NCBI GenBank assembly: GCA_964016885.1
Contig: OZ024741.1
Span: 86,800,001-86,864,000 of the forward strand
Direction of reading: 5' to 3'
Length of the DNA: 64,000 bases
From: Eledone cirrhosa
Taxonomy: Eukaryota
Made by a program: the position numbers and the translations under genes. The notes below the pieces were generated by a model, which was not told where the DNA came from, did no database searches, and saw nothing but the letters and a program-made list of their open reading frames with translations. Shown here one piece after another: positions 14,801-27,685 of this stretch (position 1 is its first letter; each line of letters opens with the position of its first letter).

Positions 14801-15435
14801 AACTGGTAAATAATATTAAAAACAGTTTTGGATGTATGGGAAACAACTCTAGACGTTTTTTGATCTTATGATTTCATTAGCAAAATTAGGTAAGTTTAAT
14901 TGCTACCATACGAAACAACCGAGGAAAAAAATACTTCCCTACTGAAATCTGTGGGGGTGTTTTTCTATAACAATACCTATATATTATATAAAACAAGTAG
15001 CATCTAGCATATCTCTTTCTAGGCAAGAGGAGGTTCTTGAAGCCAGTTGATGTTATTATTACTTTGTTCCTCAACCAAAATGAAATGTGTATTACCAGCG
15101 GTGATAACACCAGTGAAGTCCCTCTTGAAAAACTATCCTCTTTGGAAACGTAATATATATACATACACATGCTCTTTCTCTCACACACACACACATTTAC
15201 ACATACATATCCACTGTAAATGCAAAAGGATTTTATCCCGTTTAGCACGATATAGACTCCGTTGATCACAACCTTTCAAAAGACAGCCAACAGATCTTCC
15301 TACACTATAGACGCCACTATCAATAGTTTTCCTACAAATGGCGGTATAAACAGATCTGTTTTATCTCGAAGAATTTTTTTTTGTTTCTACTGCTCACTAT
15401 CTTTCTATTTCTTCTTTAATTCCCCATTCTATTTT

Positions 15436-15462
15436 CTGATGGACTAGCGCCCGAAACGTTAA
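15436..15462 (+). ncRNA. Degenerate minimal hammerhead ribozyme core
   Basis: CTGATG-GACTAGCGCCC-GAAACGTTA, with a damaged core. The paralog at 48338 keeps CTGATGA. Confidence 0.35.
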
Positions 15463-15659
15463 GACCCTTTTCCTACTATATGAAGCATAAAACTAATAAT
15501 CGATAACCATCATGCAGCTCTATGGTCGCTCAATAAGAGAATTGAAGCTAAAAATGTAAAACTTCAGAGCGTCAATATTTAATATTTTGAAGAGAACAAT
15601 ATAATCAGACAGAATACATATACTTACATAGCCACTAAATTTTTATTAGGCCTATATGT

Positions 15660-16770
15660 CACCATTTCACTCCCGATTACTATTGCTTAGGTGCCTTTCC
15701 AGAGACCCAGGTTATCCGGTACACACGGGTCAGCCAGAGAATACCTTCTCTATTTAAGGCTTTTAACATCTCGGGCCGGATTTCATCATTCACAGTAGCC
15801 TTGCCTCATTTGAACTCTTTGACTGCTCTTGTGACCTCAGCCCCTGAGAGATTAGTCATCACTTCCAGATGCACCTCTTGTACATCAGAAGATGCTGTTG
15901 TGATTGAGTTCAGGAGATCAGCAAAATATTCTCTCCACCTTGCAAGGATCCACCTCTCTGAAGAGAGAAGAACCCTACGTGTTCCTTATAGCAGGTGTGG
16001 AGGAGGACTTCTTATTACGATGTCAGTGGCTGGTCTGACAGGACGCTTTATTTGTTGATCTGAAGTCGGATTCCAGCTTAACCCCAAAGTCTTGTCTTAA
16101 CTTTGGAGTCCCTTACTGTCTCTGTTGCGATTCTTCGTGCCTGCTTGTACCACAAATGCAAGAAGGAGGACTTATTTCCAAGCCAAGCTTTGTAGATCTT
16201 CTTTGCTCGGATAGATCTTTAACACCTTGATTGAACCAAGAAGTCCTCCTGCCATCCGGCGCTTCAACAAGCCTCTTTCCTCTCAAGAAAGTCTGCGCAG
16301 TGCACTCTACATGTGAATGGTGTTCCACTGAAGCAGGTGGATAACTTCAAGTATCTTAGGGCTGTGTTTATGTGTGATGGAAGGCAGGAGGCTGAATTAA
16401 GTGTAAGAATTGCAGAAGCTGGTGCAGTAATACGCCAGCTTCAGCATTCGGTCATCAGAAGAAGGGAGGTAGGTGTAAAAGCCAAACTCCCTGTCTTCAA
16501 TTCGGTATTCGTGCCAACCCTTACCTATGGTCATGAATCTTGGGTAATGACCGAAAGAATACGATTGTGAATACAAGCGACCGAAATGGAATTCCCCCGA
16601 AGAGTCTTTGGAGTAACATTACTCGATACAGGTCATAGCTCGGAGATTAGAAAGTCACTCCATGTAGAGCCGTTACTTCTCCGAATTGAGAGATCACAGC
16701 TCCGATACTATGGGCAAGTGGTTTAAATGTGTTAGGAAAGAATCGTTAGACAGATTTTACGGGGAAAACC
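15660..16770. mobile_element. Second-family RTE LINE fragment with 5' inversion
   Basis: Minus segment ~15660..16310 encodes the pre-RT region (RTSWFNQGVK, DEIRPEMLKAL). Plus segment from ~16311 encodes LKQVDNFKYL...PTLTYGHESW. Confidence 0.65.
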
Positions 16771-16789
16771 AACCGGCAGGAGACTCCGG

Positions 16790-18124
16790 GGTATTGCGTG
16801 CTTATACCGACCTGCAAAAATGGAGCGAAAACCTACCGATTGTCCTAGGCTGTCGCTCAGCAGTGAGGGAGGATCTCGGGTATTCCCCAGCGGAATTGCT
16901 GTACGGACCACCTTTATCCTTGCCGGGACAGATGTTAGTCCCAGTCGACGCATCGCTGGAGGATCTGACGTTATATATCAATCGTCTACGATCATATTTC
17001 AATGATCTTCCGCCTATGGGAACACGACAACAGAAGATTAAATCTTCGGTTCCCAAAGACACTGCTTCTTGGACTCACGTTTTTCTACGTAAATCTCAGT
17101 GAAAGGCCCACTTGTGCCACCGTATACAGGACCCTACTGTGTCCTGGCAAAAACGGACAAATTTTTACCATAGACGTTTGTGGTAGGAAACACACAGTGT
17201 CAGTAGATAGGGTTAAACAGGCCTTTACAGACGCTCCACCAGTTGAACCCCGTACAACCCCCACATACAATACATTGTATGTTGAACCTTCACAAGCACA
17301 CCCACAACACACACACCTTCCTTACCGTCACCAACATATGTTACGACGACTCGTAGTAGTCGTAGAGTGCATTGGCCTCAGAGATTGAGTAAAACAATCT
17401 ATATATGAACTCTGTTTTTGATCAAACTTTTGACTCTCTTATAAAAAAAAAAACAATGACTTTTGCTTGTTCAATAATGTTATGTTTCATTTTCCTTGGT
17501 TGTATTCATGCATGTATCTTTTCTTGGTGTACCGGATGATTTTTTATTGTTTGATGTCATGTAGACATATTGCATATTTAACACTACTCATGTAATATGG
17601 GAAGAGTTGCAGCCACCATAGTTTTGCCTTGGCTTATATATTGATATTGATCTTCGATCTAAACGGAGGGTAATGTAGTGAACAGATAAATCAGTCAATT
17701 TACACGTGTTGATCCCTGTTGCACTAATTCACCGTACCTAAATATTAGCCAATCAACGATCCGATACAGCTATCTTTCGGATGAGTAATGTATTGTGCCA
17801 AAACCGAAAGCAATGAGTTCAGCAGATAGTTTCAGACCATAAACACGTAATAATTTGCTGTCCTCAACATGCGACACGTGGCGCGAAATATGACTAACCC
17901 GAGAGTGCTATGTTTAATCTACCAACTGGATATTAGACATTAATAATGTCTTTACAACCAGTAGAGGTAACATTGTATTATCCTCAAACACCCTTGTACT
18001 CTTTTCAAGTTCAAATGTATTCTGCTTGTTCACATTCACAAACACGATTAAAAGATATGTTCTTCGATAAATAAATGTTCTGCGTTCATACTATTGCGAC
18101 TAGCGTTGTTCCACGAACACCACA
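16790..18124 (+). mobile_element. Gypsy LTR retrotransposon 3' remnant (integrase C-terminus, PPT, 3' LTR 17674..18124)
   Basis: WSENLPIVLGCRSAVREDLGYSPAELLYG and VSVDRVK resemble the integrase at 34130..35426. A purine tract AAACGGAGGG precedes TGTAGTG, and the LTR ends CACCACA. Confidence 0.75.
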
Positions 18125-18459
18125 AATTGCTGAACAGTTAACCGCAAGTACACCACTAAAACCCATGCCAATGCTGCAAGTGTGTTGGCTTGCCTCAAAA
18201 AAGTATTAGAGGGAGGGTCCAGCACCCTTGTAGTGTGTGATTGAGTGTGCCGGTCTGCTATATCACCTTTCTTCCTTATTATTTCCCTCCTTTCCTTTTC
18301 TTCTTTTTTTTTGTACTGTATATCTACATAGTCTTATGGTTATTAAATAAGCCGAATACTCTGTTTAAAACCTATATAGTCTTGTTGCAAAATGAAATGA
18401 GGTTGGATATTCTCATTTTTTTGTCCTATTTCTCATCTTGCTGATACTTGTGGAAAAAG

Positions 18460-18610
18460 GATGCAGGCATGCCCAAATGGTTAAGAAATTCATTTCGCAA
18501 TCCGGAGGTCCAGGGTTAGGTCTTAACATATAACATATATTGGACAAGTGTCTTTTGCTGTAGTTTTTGATTCACCCAAGCCTGTGAATGTGTTTTGGTA
18601 GAAGGATTTG
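18460..18610 (+). mobile_element. Degenerate SINE (family 2)
   Basis: TGGTTAAGAA head and CCAAGCCTGTGAATG...GGTAGA segment resemble the copy at 55015. Confidence 0.5.
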
Positions 18611-18699
18611 TTGGTGCCCCTCTAAAACGCACGGAGTGCATTTTAGAGTGTCACCAACACAAAGGAAGTCGTGTCCTGGACACAATTGGAGAGTTCTAT

Positions 18700-18900
18700 C
18701 AACTCTTTGGCACGTTTTCTATGGCCGAATCCCCTTCCTAATGTTAACCACTTTACAGGATGCATCTTTCGTGGCACCAACAATAGAGAGATTGTCATGT
18801 CTGTGACATGACTGAAGAGCCCTCAAAACTGTTTTGGCATGCTTTCTACCACTGGGTGCCCTACTTAACACCAGCCACTTTACAGAGTGTACTGGATATA
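18700..18900 (-). mobile_element. Decayed RTE 3' UTR fragments
   Basis: Two degenerate copies of the TTTTCTAC..GGATGCCCTTCCTAACACCAACCAC.TTTACAG motif seen at 2040..2085. Confidence 0.5.
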
Positions 18901-20489
18901 TTTTATTGTAGCCTCATCCCTCACCTATAGGGTGGGGGTGATGACTTGGCCTAAGTGAAGCATATTTAGGGGAGGGAGGGTAAGTAAGACGGATGATAGT
19001 TATGATGTCAAGGGTGAGTGATACCAAGTGTGACAAGTGTGGTGGGATTTAAGGGGTGATAGGGAGAAAAAGTATGGGGGATAATCTTTGAATAGGACAG
19101 ACACAGAGCTATGAGTAGTGTCATGGGATTTAGCAAGGTGATGAGAAGGAGGAGGGTTGAAGGTGATCATGGATAGAATGGTTGGGGTACAGTGATGGCG
19201 AGAATAATTACTAAGGAGTAATGGTGCTGAGGGTATGAATGGGTCAGGTCACATTTACATTCTATACTGTTAGGTGAGTTTTCTCCAGTACAACATGTTG
19301 CCAATCCTCGCAGTCCTTTATTGTGAGATTCAGTTTCCTAAGGTTGGGCTTCTCTACTTTATTCCATATCTTTTCTATGTCTCGTACACGAGTCCTATTG
19401 ACTAAGATTTTTTTGCCTTTCTTTATACATACTTCTGTCATCTTCCATATGCATCAAATGTTCATACTACACTACATTCAATTCCTCTTATACCCAGTTT
19501 ACCTCTCAGCTCACTTATGCTACTTTGTTTATGTACAATGATGTTCCAATTAGATTGTTGCAAGTCAGACATGTAGAAAAAACATGAAAAGTGAGGGAAT
19601 TCCAAAGACGCAGGAATGACCTGGCACAATGGTTAGTGCCAAGTCATTCTTGGGGGAGAAGGCACAATATAACAAGAAGAGGAGGGATGAGTAAATCAGG
19701 ACTGCCTAAGTTGAGGTGGCACAAGACAAGTTAACCTTGAGAAACAGAGACCATTGTAGTGGTAGTAAAGAAGCAGGGAAAGAAGGCAGCATATCTGCAC
19801 ACCAAAGACTGGAGTATGTCTGAGTGACTTTATGTTAGTTAGTTGAGTTGCTCATCTCGAGATGCAATTCAGGATGTCTGTGTGTGTGCACCACCACCAC
19901 CCTAGACACAAGAGCAGCACCACATCATGGGTTGCATCTGAGTACTGCCGAGGGTCAGCAATTGTTGAGGACAAGAATTTTAAACGTACTTAAAAGGAAA
20001 GACAAACCCCCAAGATGCAGTCCTAGCTATGCTAAATGACATGCTCTTATTGGTCAAGAGAGGTCATGGGGGTCAAAATTGTTGCAGGATCTAAATTAAA
20101 CTACTAAATTGTAAAGAAAACAACCAGGCCAAAGTGTATATTAAAAAAAACAAAGTATGCTACTTCAATATGGAGTGAAGGTGTCTGAAGTAAACTTTAA
20201 AACAGAAGGACGTGTGTGGTTATGAGTCACATACTGGAAGTAACAGTGATCCTATGGGTGGAAGGGGAAAGGAGAGGACCCCTGTCCTTCTTCAGATTTG
20301 ACATGAGAAGTGTCTTGGATCTCAGGTGAAACCCTAATTTCTGGTCAGAGTTATGGTGTGAGTATGAGTCTTGGATTATGCAGCTAAACCAGAATGACAA
20401 TCAGAGAGGACTGGCAATGTAAACAATTTTGCATTTTTCCATCACACACATAATTACCTATCTAGCAGTGGTACACAGGTGCTGAATAC

Positions 20490-22535
20490 ATATATTTGTT
20501 TTGCTAGGGTTTTGATATGAAACCGTGTCGAGACAAATATCGTTATACTTGGGGAGGGTCATATTGTTATAATATTGCCAGAAATAATAACAGAACACAC
20601 TCACTGTTTGGTTTGGGTTGGTTTTCGCTTCTGTACCTTTTATATCTCCATAGTTAATTTATTTGGTAATCAATGTTTAAAAATATATATATATAGTCTA
20701 TCAAAGTTCTTTCGTCACACATCTGCGACATCATCACTGGTACTATCATGTTTTCTCCCATTGTATTGTAATGTCTACACCATTTTTATTTTATTTATTT
20801 ATTTATTCTTGTCTCTGTCTCTGCGCATGCGTTTGCGTCTGTGTTTAATGTTTGGTGTGTTTTTGTATTCTATCTTTGTTCACTAGTGTGTGTTTGTATG
20901 TGTTTGTTGTTGTACTTGTGTATATATTTATTTATTTATTTATATTTCCCTTAAGTCAGTATTGTTTGATTGGGTATGGTTGTTGTTATTCCATTCATTC
21001 TTTCTGTTCAACTTCGGTCTTCTTAGTTCTATCTCAGTTGCTTCTCTGATTTGCCTACCTGTTGAGTCATTTCTATGCTTAGATATTATTTTAATTTCTA
21101 TGTTGTCTACATTACCGTCATCTCTTTGTTCATGTAGTACTGGACGTTTTTTTGTCTTTTTAGTTCCAACTAGTGTTGGTGTATACTTTCTCCTATGCTT
21201 TGAGCTGTCTCACCTATGTATATCATTGTCTTGTTTCTGCAAGTACCCTCTGTACATCTTATGCTATAGACTACATTTCTAGTTTTACAATTTATCTGGG
21301 GGTTCATTCTACATATAACACATTTCTTATTCATACAGTGGGTTTTCTTAAAGGGGTATGTTTTGCTGATCAGGGATTTTATGGTAGTTCCTGGCTTTTC
21401 TACCACTTTAATCTTTAGATGGGTCTTTTTTTAGGGCCTTTCTACATTGCTAAGCTAATTTCCCTCCAGGGAACATGACACTCTGTTATCTCTGGTTGTT
21501 GTACAATGAAGTGGCTTTCCCTATCTTATGTTTAGTCCTATCTAAGCTATTCCATTATTTGCTCCTGTATAATCGGCAAATTCCTTTCATGTCCATTTCT
21601 ATGAGGGTCTTATATTTCTCCGTGGCTTCTTTGTATACTCTGATTCTGTCTCTTTGGTTGTAGCCAGAGAACTGCGATTGATGAAGTTCTGGAATTGTCT
21701 TTCCATTTCAGTTAGGTCGCACATGCGGGACACATTCTTCATTGCTCTTACCAAGTCTGTGATCAGAATATTAAACTTCGCACTATTGGACATTGCTGAG
21801 TTTTTGAGTATCAGGTATTTGGAGGCCATGGGTTTAGCATAGTGTGAGTGGAGAATTTGGGCCCTCTCGTCTATAGTGTTTATCCAGAGTTCCATGTCTA
21901 ATACTGGTAGTCTATTGTTAGGGTGTTTGGAAGGGTAATCAAGGGTTACAGTTATATTCTGGTGTATGGAGTTAGCTATTTGCTGGATACTCTCCATTGT
22001 GCTATTTTCTAATTCATGTTTATTAGTACTCTCTTGTGGGGGTGTTCTTATTACTATATTAATATCGTCTACGTAACGAGAGTACATGATGAGTGCTATG
22101 GAGTTCTCTTCAAGGAGTTCTCTTAGTTTCCTCTCCCACCATACCATAAATAGATTGGCAACATCCCCAGCCATGCTCACGCCAATGGTTGCTCCCTCAT
22201 TCTGGGTGTAGATCTTTTTATTAAATTTAAACATATGGCCCTTTAGGGTAGTTTTAATACTAGCCCCTATTGCATGTGCGACCATTTTTCTCACCTGATC
22301 ATTGTTTTGGGGAGTCCTATATGGCTTTGGTTCATCCATTCCATCTTCCTATGGGAGTCTTTTTAGCCATTGAGATTATGGTGGCAGGGAGTCTACCTCC
22401 TATAGGTCTACTGGGGCAGAAACAGCTAAGGTCATGATTATCTAGGTATTCGGTGTCATAAGTAAGTCTAAGTAGGAGGCCCAGTTCATCTGTGTCGACA
22501 TCGCAGAACTCCACTTTGCTCTCACTGATTATTTC
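20490..22535 (-). mobile_element. Penelope-like element (RT + GIY-YIG), 5'-truncated and frameshifted
   Basis: RT motifs GVSMAGDVANLFM and YSRYVDD (21599..22339). GIY-YIG motif NVVYSIRC...YIGET (21170..21406). The right end abuts (CA)n(TA)n; the left boundary is approximate. Confidence 0.85.
20700..20745 (-). ncRNA. Degenerate hammerhead ribozyme in the PLE 3' region
   Basis: Minus strand reads GTGATGA-T-GTCGCA-gatg-TGTGAC-GAAA. Stem II has 6 bp and the core carries a C3>G change. Confidence 0.5.
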
Positions 22536-22729
22536 TACACACACACAAACACACACATATATATATATATATGTATTCGTGAGTTTTATATCCTTTTGTT
22601 CTAGCGGTGGCATAGAGAAACAATTGACAACGTTGTTTCTAGATTATTGTACTTTGTCAAGATTGTCTCTTTCTGTCACTCACTAGAACTCTCAGGAATA
22701 TATAGTATTCTCTAAAGTATACATCAGCT

Positions 22730-23260
22730 GATTAGCCTCATTTGCTAATCGCTCGGTATGCAAATAAGGTTAATCAGCGATGGTAGACCCCTTATCTGGG
22801 ATGCTACATGTTGCGACACACCTTCTCTGACAGCAACTTGGTGCATTTAACGACTAGTCCAGGCTTCGATGCTCATCGGTTGCTCTCCGATAGTTTTGTG
22901 GTCGAGCCTGTGACAGTGGAGATTTTCGGTATTCGTGGCCCTCGGATCACAACCTTAATGTTATTGGAGTGGAGTTAGCTACTCGCACTAGTTAGTGCCG
23001 CAAGCTGGAGTGGCTGTTCCAGTGCGTCCCCTTGCCTTCCTCTTGGGTAACCTTTTCCCCAGTCTCTCTACTGAGACTACGAGACGGTGTAACCCTTAAA
23101 CATATTTCTTTTTTGTTCCCCTCTCAAGGTTACAGGACAACTAGCTTTGACTCCTTTAGTGTAAACTAGCAGAATGGCCCGGCGTTGCTTGGGATTTGAT
23201 CTGGGGTTCTTATATATTTGATATATATTTATCCTTATCGAGCCTCGTGAAATAAATATA
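22730..23260 (+). mobile_element. CRE-like retrotransposon 3' remnant (restriction-like endonuclease region)
   Basis: GRPLIWDATCCDT motif at ~22782-22820, with AATAAA at ~23251. Confidence 0.5.
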
Positions 23261-23329
23261 TTTTGTTATTGTGTATGCAAAAATATCTGTACACGAATAT
23301 ATAATTATATTATATATATATATATATAT

Positions 23330-24109
23330 TTAGCAGCGGAGGTGGGTGTTCGGAAAGTACAATAACTAGGGTAAGAACGGGATGGAAGAAGTTCGGAGAG
23401 CTACTGCCACTGCTAGCTGCAAAAGACTTTTCCCTCAACATGAAAGAGAGACTGTATGATGCTTGTATACGAACAGCAATGTTACATGGTAGTGAGACCT
23501 GGGCGCTGTCTGTGGAAGACTTGTGTAGGTTAGAAAGAAACGAAGCCTGCATGCTCCGATGGATGTGTAATAGTAATATACGCGAACAGCAAAGCATAAA
23601 TGAATTGAGAGAGAGACTGGGCATAAGAGGAATCAAATGCTGTGTGCAGGAGAGGCGGTTGTGTTGGTACGGACATGTGATGCGTATGAAGGATGACAGC
23701 TGCATAAAAAGGTGCAGAGCACTAGAAGTCGATGGAAACCGCGGAGTGGGGAACCCCAAGAAGACCTGGGATGAGGTGATAAAAGCCGACCTTACCCAAT
23801 TACACCTCTCAAAGGCGATGACACAGACCGTGACCTCTGGCGTCACACAGTAATGCAGAAGACCCGACTCCCCACCGGTACAAGCTGAAGCTGAAGCATA
23901 TAGACGATATGCCCCCACACCCTCCCACTGCAAAGTGGACGTTAGGCGCCGTGGAAAAAAAGCACCCAGCACTCACTGTAAACCAGTTCCCGTATGAGCA
24001 AGACAACATCAGCCGACCGGACACTGCCCACAACAGGACAACCCGTCTAACCCATGCTAGCGTGGAAGAATGGACATTAAACGGTGATGATGATGATGAT
24101 GATGATGAT
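23330..24109 (+). mobile_element. 5'-truncated RTE LINE inserted in (TA)n
   Basis: SSGGGCSESTITRVRTGWKK...RLCWYGHVMR, 3' UTR and (GAT)n tail, with TA repeats on both sides. Confidence 0.9.
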
Positions 24110-24279
24110 ATATATTAAAATAGATTAAAGTTTAAGCAAAGAATCGTTGCTTTCACCCTTAACGGGATCTTCTGAAACAAAAAAAATCAATCTGTGAATG
24201 CAGAAGTAAATATTTCGAAAAACGTTACACTCTATATATACAGACAGATATTATAAGGGGCGACGTTGTAGCTATGTAT

Positions 24280-24490
24280 CTATCTAAAAAGAAAGACCAA
24301 GAATTATAGAGAGATCGCTAAATTGTCTAATGCGGTCCCCAGGGCATAGAAAATTTGTAATTTTCTTAGTTCAAAACACTCACACGACTATAAGCATTAC
24401 ATGGGTAAAGTTTGAAAACAATCAGTTGGGTGCTTCTCGAGTTTTAGGGTGTCAGATAGACAGACATTCTGTGTTCTAGATAGATTAGAA
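24280..24490 (+). mobile_element. Possible non-autonomous Helitron-like remnant
   Basis: AAAGTTTGAAAACAATCAGTTGG followed by CAGATAGACAGACA near the end. Recognised by pattern only. Confidence 0.3.
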
Positions 24491-25281
24491 AAACAATTTC
24501 GAATTAGAATCAAGTAGCGTGCCAGGGGAGACAACACTGCTTTCGCTTAACTTTCAATTAAAAATAAATATTACTTCAAAGTAACAATTCGTATTTTGTC
24601 TAACTTGTCCGTAGAGAAAGGCAACAGTTGGCACTTTCGTATTTGTGCATGTTTTATATATGTTAGTCTCCCTCTCTCCCAACAAACGAACTCTAAATTT
24701 TATTATATACAGAAATATGTTAATGGTTAGATTATTTTAGTTCTTTTAACGTAAATTATTTGTATTTAATGAAGAAAAGACTATGACAATCTTTATCAAG
24801 CTGATCTAGCCGTCACTCCTTCCGGCCTTATGACACTTCGAGTAAACTGATACTTAGAACTTTGTTGATTTAATGTGCATTTTAGCTGCTATTTCTAGCA
24901 TCACGGATAGGCTCATCGTTGATACGTAATAGTTATTTTGCTGGTTGATGAATTTCTTTATGCATTTTTTTATCATGGTTTCGATAAAGGAACAAATTGA
25001 TATAAAGGGTTCTTCTGAATGTTAGGAACCCTTTACTTATGAAGCCGGTGTTATTCAAGTAAGGGAAAATTGCCAAAGACACCGCCTATCTAAAATCTTT
25101 ACAACTTCATCTGATATAAAAAGTCCTATGACAAAAATAGTATCATAATATATTATGGAAGAAGTTAATCACTCGAATACTTTTAACTGAATCATAATAG
25201 ATTATACCTCATCTAATGTATATACACCTTGTAAATAGAGACGTTGTGTACCCAAGACAAAAAACTTTATCATAATACATT

Positions 25282-27685
25282 ATGGAAGACATTAATCACA
25301 CAAACACAACAGTTTTCAACACTCTAGATTCAGTTACAGTGGCATACAGTAGTGAGAAACCTTTATGTAGTGAAACATTTACTAAACAAATATCTTTACA
25401 GAAAAATATTCCTGAATATCGCTGAGAGAGTTGTAGGAAGAAATTTTTTTTTGAGAATGAACTTTTCACGCACAAAGAAATACACAAGGAAAAACCCTTC
25501 TCCTGTGAAATATGTGGTAAATATTTTCTCTATAACAGTAATTTATCTAGACACAAAAGAATACACACCAAAGAAAAACCGTTTCATTGTGAAATATGTG
25601 GAACATATTTTGTTTCTAAAAGTAATTTAAAAACACATAAAAGAATACACACCGGAGAAAAACAGTTTCGTTGTGATATATGTGGAAAATATTTTGATTC
25701 TAATAGTAATTTAACAAGTCACAAAAGAATTCACACTGGAGAAAAACCCTATCACTGTGAAATATGTGGTAAATCATTCTCTGTTAATTCTAACCTTGTA
25801 GTGCACAAGAGGATGCACACTGGAGAAAAACCGTATGAATGTGAAATATGTGGAAAATCTTTTAACACTAACAGTTATTTAACAACACACAAGCGAATAA
25901 ACGCTGGAGAAAAACCATTTCACTGTAAAATATGTGGCAATTCTTTCACTGAAAAAATTCTAAGCTTACAATTCACATACGTAGACAAACTGGAGAAAAA
26001 CCTATAACAAAATACTGGATTGTATGAATATAACAAGACACTAGGTTGTGTATATAAAGTTTAATTAACAAGTTGCAGTTATGTAGAACAGAATGGTTGA
26101 CAAGTCAATGAAAGTAGATGAAAGAATGAAGTAAAGTTATTTGTTACCGTTTTGAAGTTAGCTCGCAAGAGGCCATGTTAGGGTTATCAGACGAACGTGG
26201 CTGGCCGAAGGGCCAGGCAGGTTAGAAGGCCAGGAGCCAAACGGGGAAATGAGAGAGAGAGAGAGCTGAAAGTTATTCCCTTTATAGGTCCTGGGGCGGA
26301 AGTGACAAAAAGGGCTCTGCCACCCCAACGGGAAGCAATTCCAGCTACTTCCTGTCTAGTGAGCGTTACTCTATTGGTGATATCATCGTCACAACAAGGG
26401 AGGCAACTCTTGCTACAAACGGTATTGTGAAATATGCAGGAAATCTTTTGTCAATAGTTATTTAACCAGTCAATAGAATACACACCGGAGAGAAACTCTA
26501 CCACTGTGAAATATGTGGGGAAATCTTTCACTCAGAATTCCAGTCTTATTATTCACAAACGTAGCCACACTGGTGAAAAACCATGTCACTGTGGAGTATG
26601 TGGGAAATCTTTCTTTAACAATTCGAGTCTTGTTATCCACCAACGTAGACACACTGGAGAAAAACCATGTCCCTGTCTAATATGTAGGAAATCATTCTCA
26701 AATAATTCAAGTCTTGTTATCCACATACGCAGTCACACTGGAGAAAAACCTTATCATTGTGAAATATGTGGGAAATCATTTATGATAAACAGTGTCTTAA
26801 AAATGCACAAAAGAATACACACTGGAGAAAAACCTTATCATTGTGAAATATGTGGAAAATCATTCATAAATAATTCAAATCTTGTTATCCACATACGTAG
26901 TCAGTCACACTGGTGAAAAACCCTTCCACTGTGATATATGCGGAAAATCCTTTGTCTCCAACATTATTTTAATAACACACAAAAGAATACATACTGAAGA
27001 AAAACTATTTCACTGTGAAATATGTGGGGAGTCTTTCATTAATAATTCGAATCTTGTTATCCACAAATGCAATCACGCTGGAGAAAGGCCATATCAGTGT
27101 GAAATATGTGGGAAATCATTTGTCATAAATAGTGTCTTAAGAACACACAAAAGAATACATACTGGAGAAAAACCTTATCACTGTGAAATATGTGGGAAAT
27201 CATTCATAAATAATTCCTAACTTGTAGTTCGCAAAAGAATATATACTGCAGAAAAACCCTATCATTGTGAAATATGTGGAAAATCATTCATTAATAATTC
27301 TCAACTCCTATTTCACAAAAGAACACACACTGGAGAAAAGTCCTTCCATTGTGATATATGTGGGAAATATTTTGTCTTTAACAGCTATTTGGCAAAACAC
27401 AAAAGAATACACACTAGAGATAACCCATTTCACTGTGAAATATGCGGAAAGTCTTTTGTTGAAAATTCCAAGCTTACAATCCAAAAACGTAGACACACTG
27501 GAGAAAAACCGTATCACTGTGAAATATGTGGGAAATCTTTCTCTCTTAATTGTAGTCTTGTAGTTCACAAACGTAGTCACACTGGAGAAAAACCCTATCA
27601 TCGTGATATTTGTAGGAAGTCATTTAGCAGTAGCAGTCTTTTAAATAGACATGAACGAATACACACTGGAAGGGAAAGCATTTAA
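25282..27685 (+). pseudogene. C2H2 zinc-finger pseudogene (ZNF-A2), interrupted by a solo LTR
   Basis: ATG at 25282 (MEDINHTN...) is followed by a TGA at the first finger Cys, several frameshifts and a TAA at 27218. Tandem 84-bp fingers run throughout. Confidence 0.88.
26003..26417 (-). mobile_element. Solo LTR inserted into ZNF-A2
   Basis: Termini TATAACAAAA...TCTTGCTACA form an imperfect inverted repeat, flanked by AACC/AACG. A minus-strand CCTATAAA lies at ~26285. The insertion splits a TGEKP linker. Confidence 0.7.

Noticed and set aside
18812-18840. CTGAAGAG-CC-CTC-AAAAC as a hammerhead
   Set aside because: There is no GAAA and stem II is too short.
26003-26012. G-to-A hypermutation of the solo LTR end (TGTAGCAAGA vs TATAACAAAA)
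   Set aside because: There are only three sites and no consensus to compare against, so it cannot be separated from an imperfect inverted repeat or ordinary decay.
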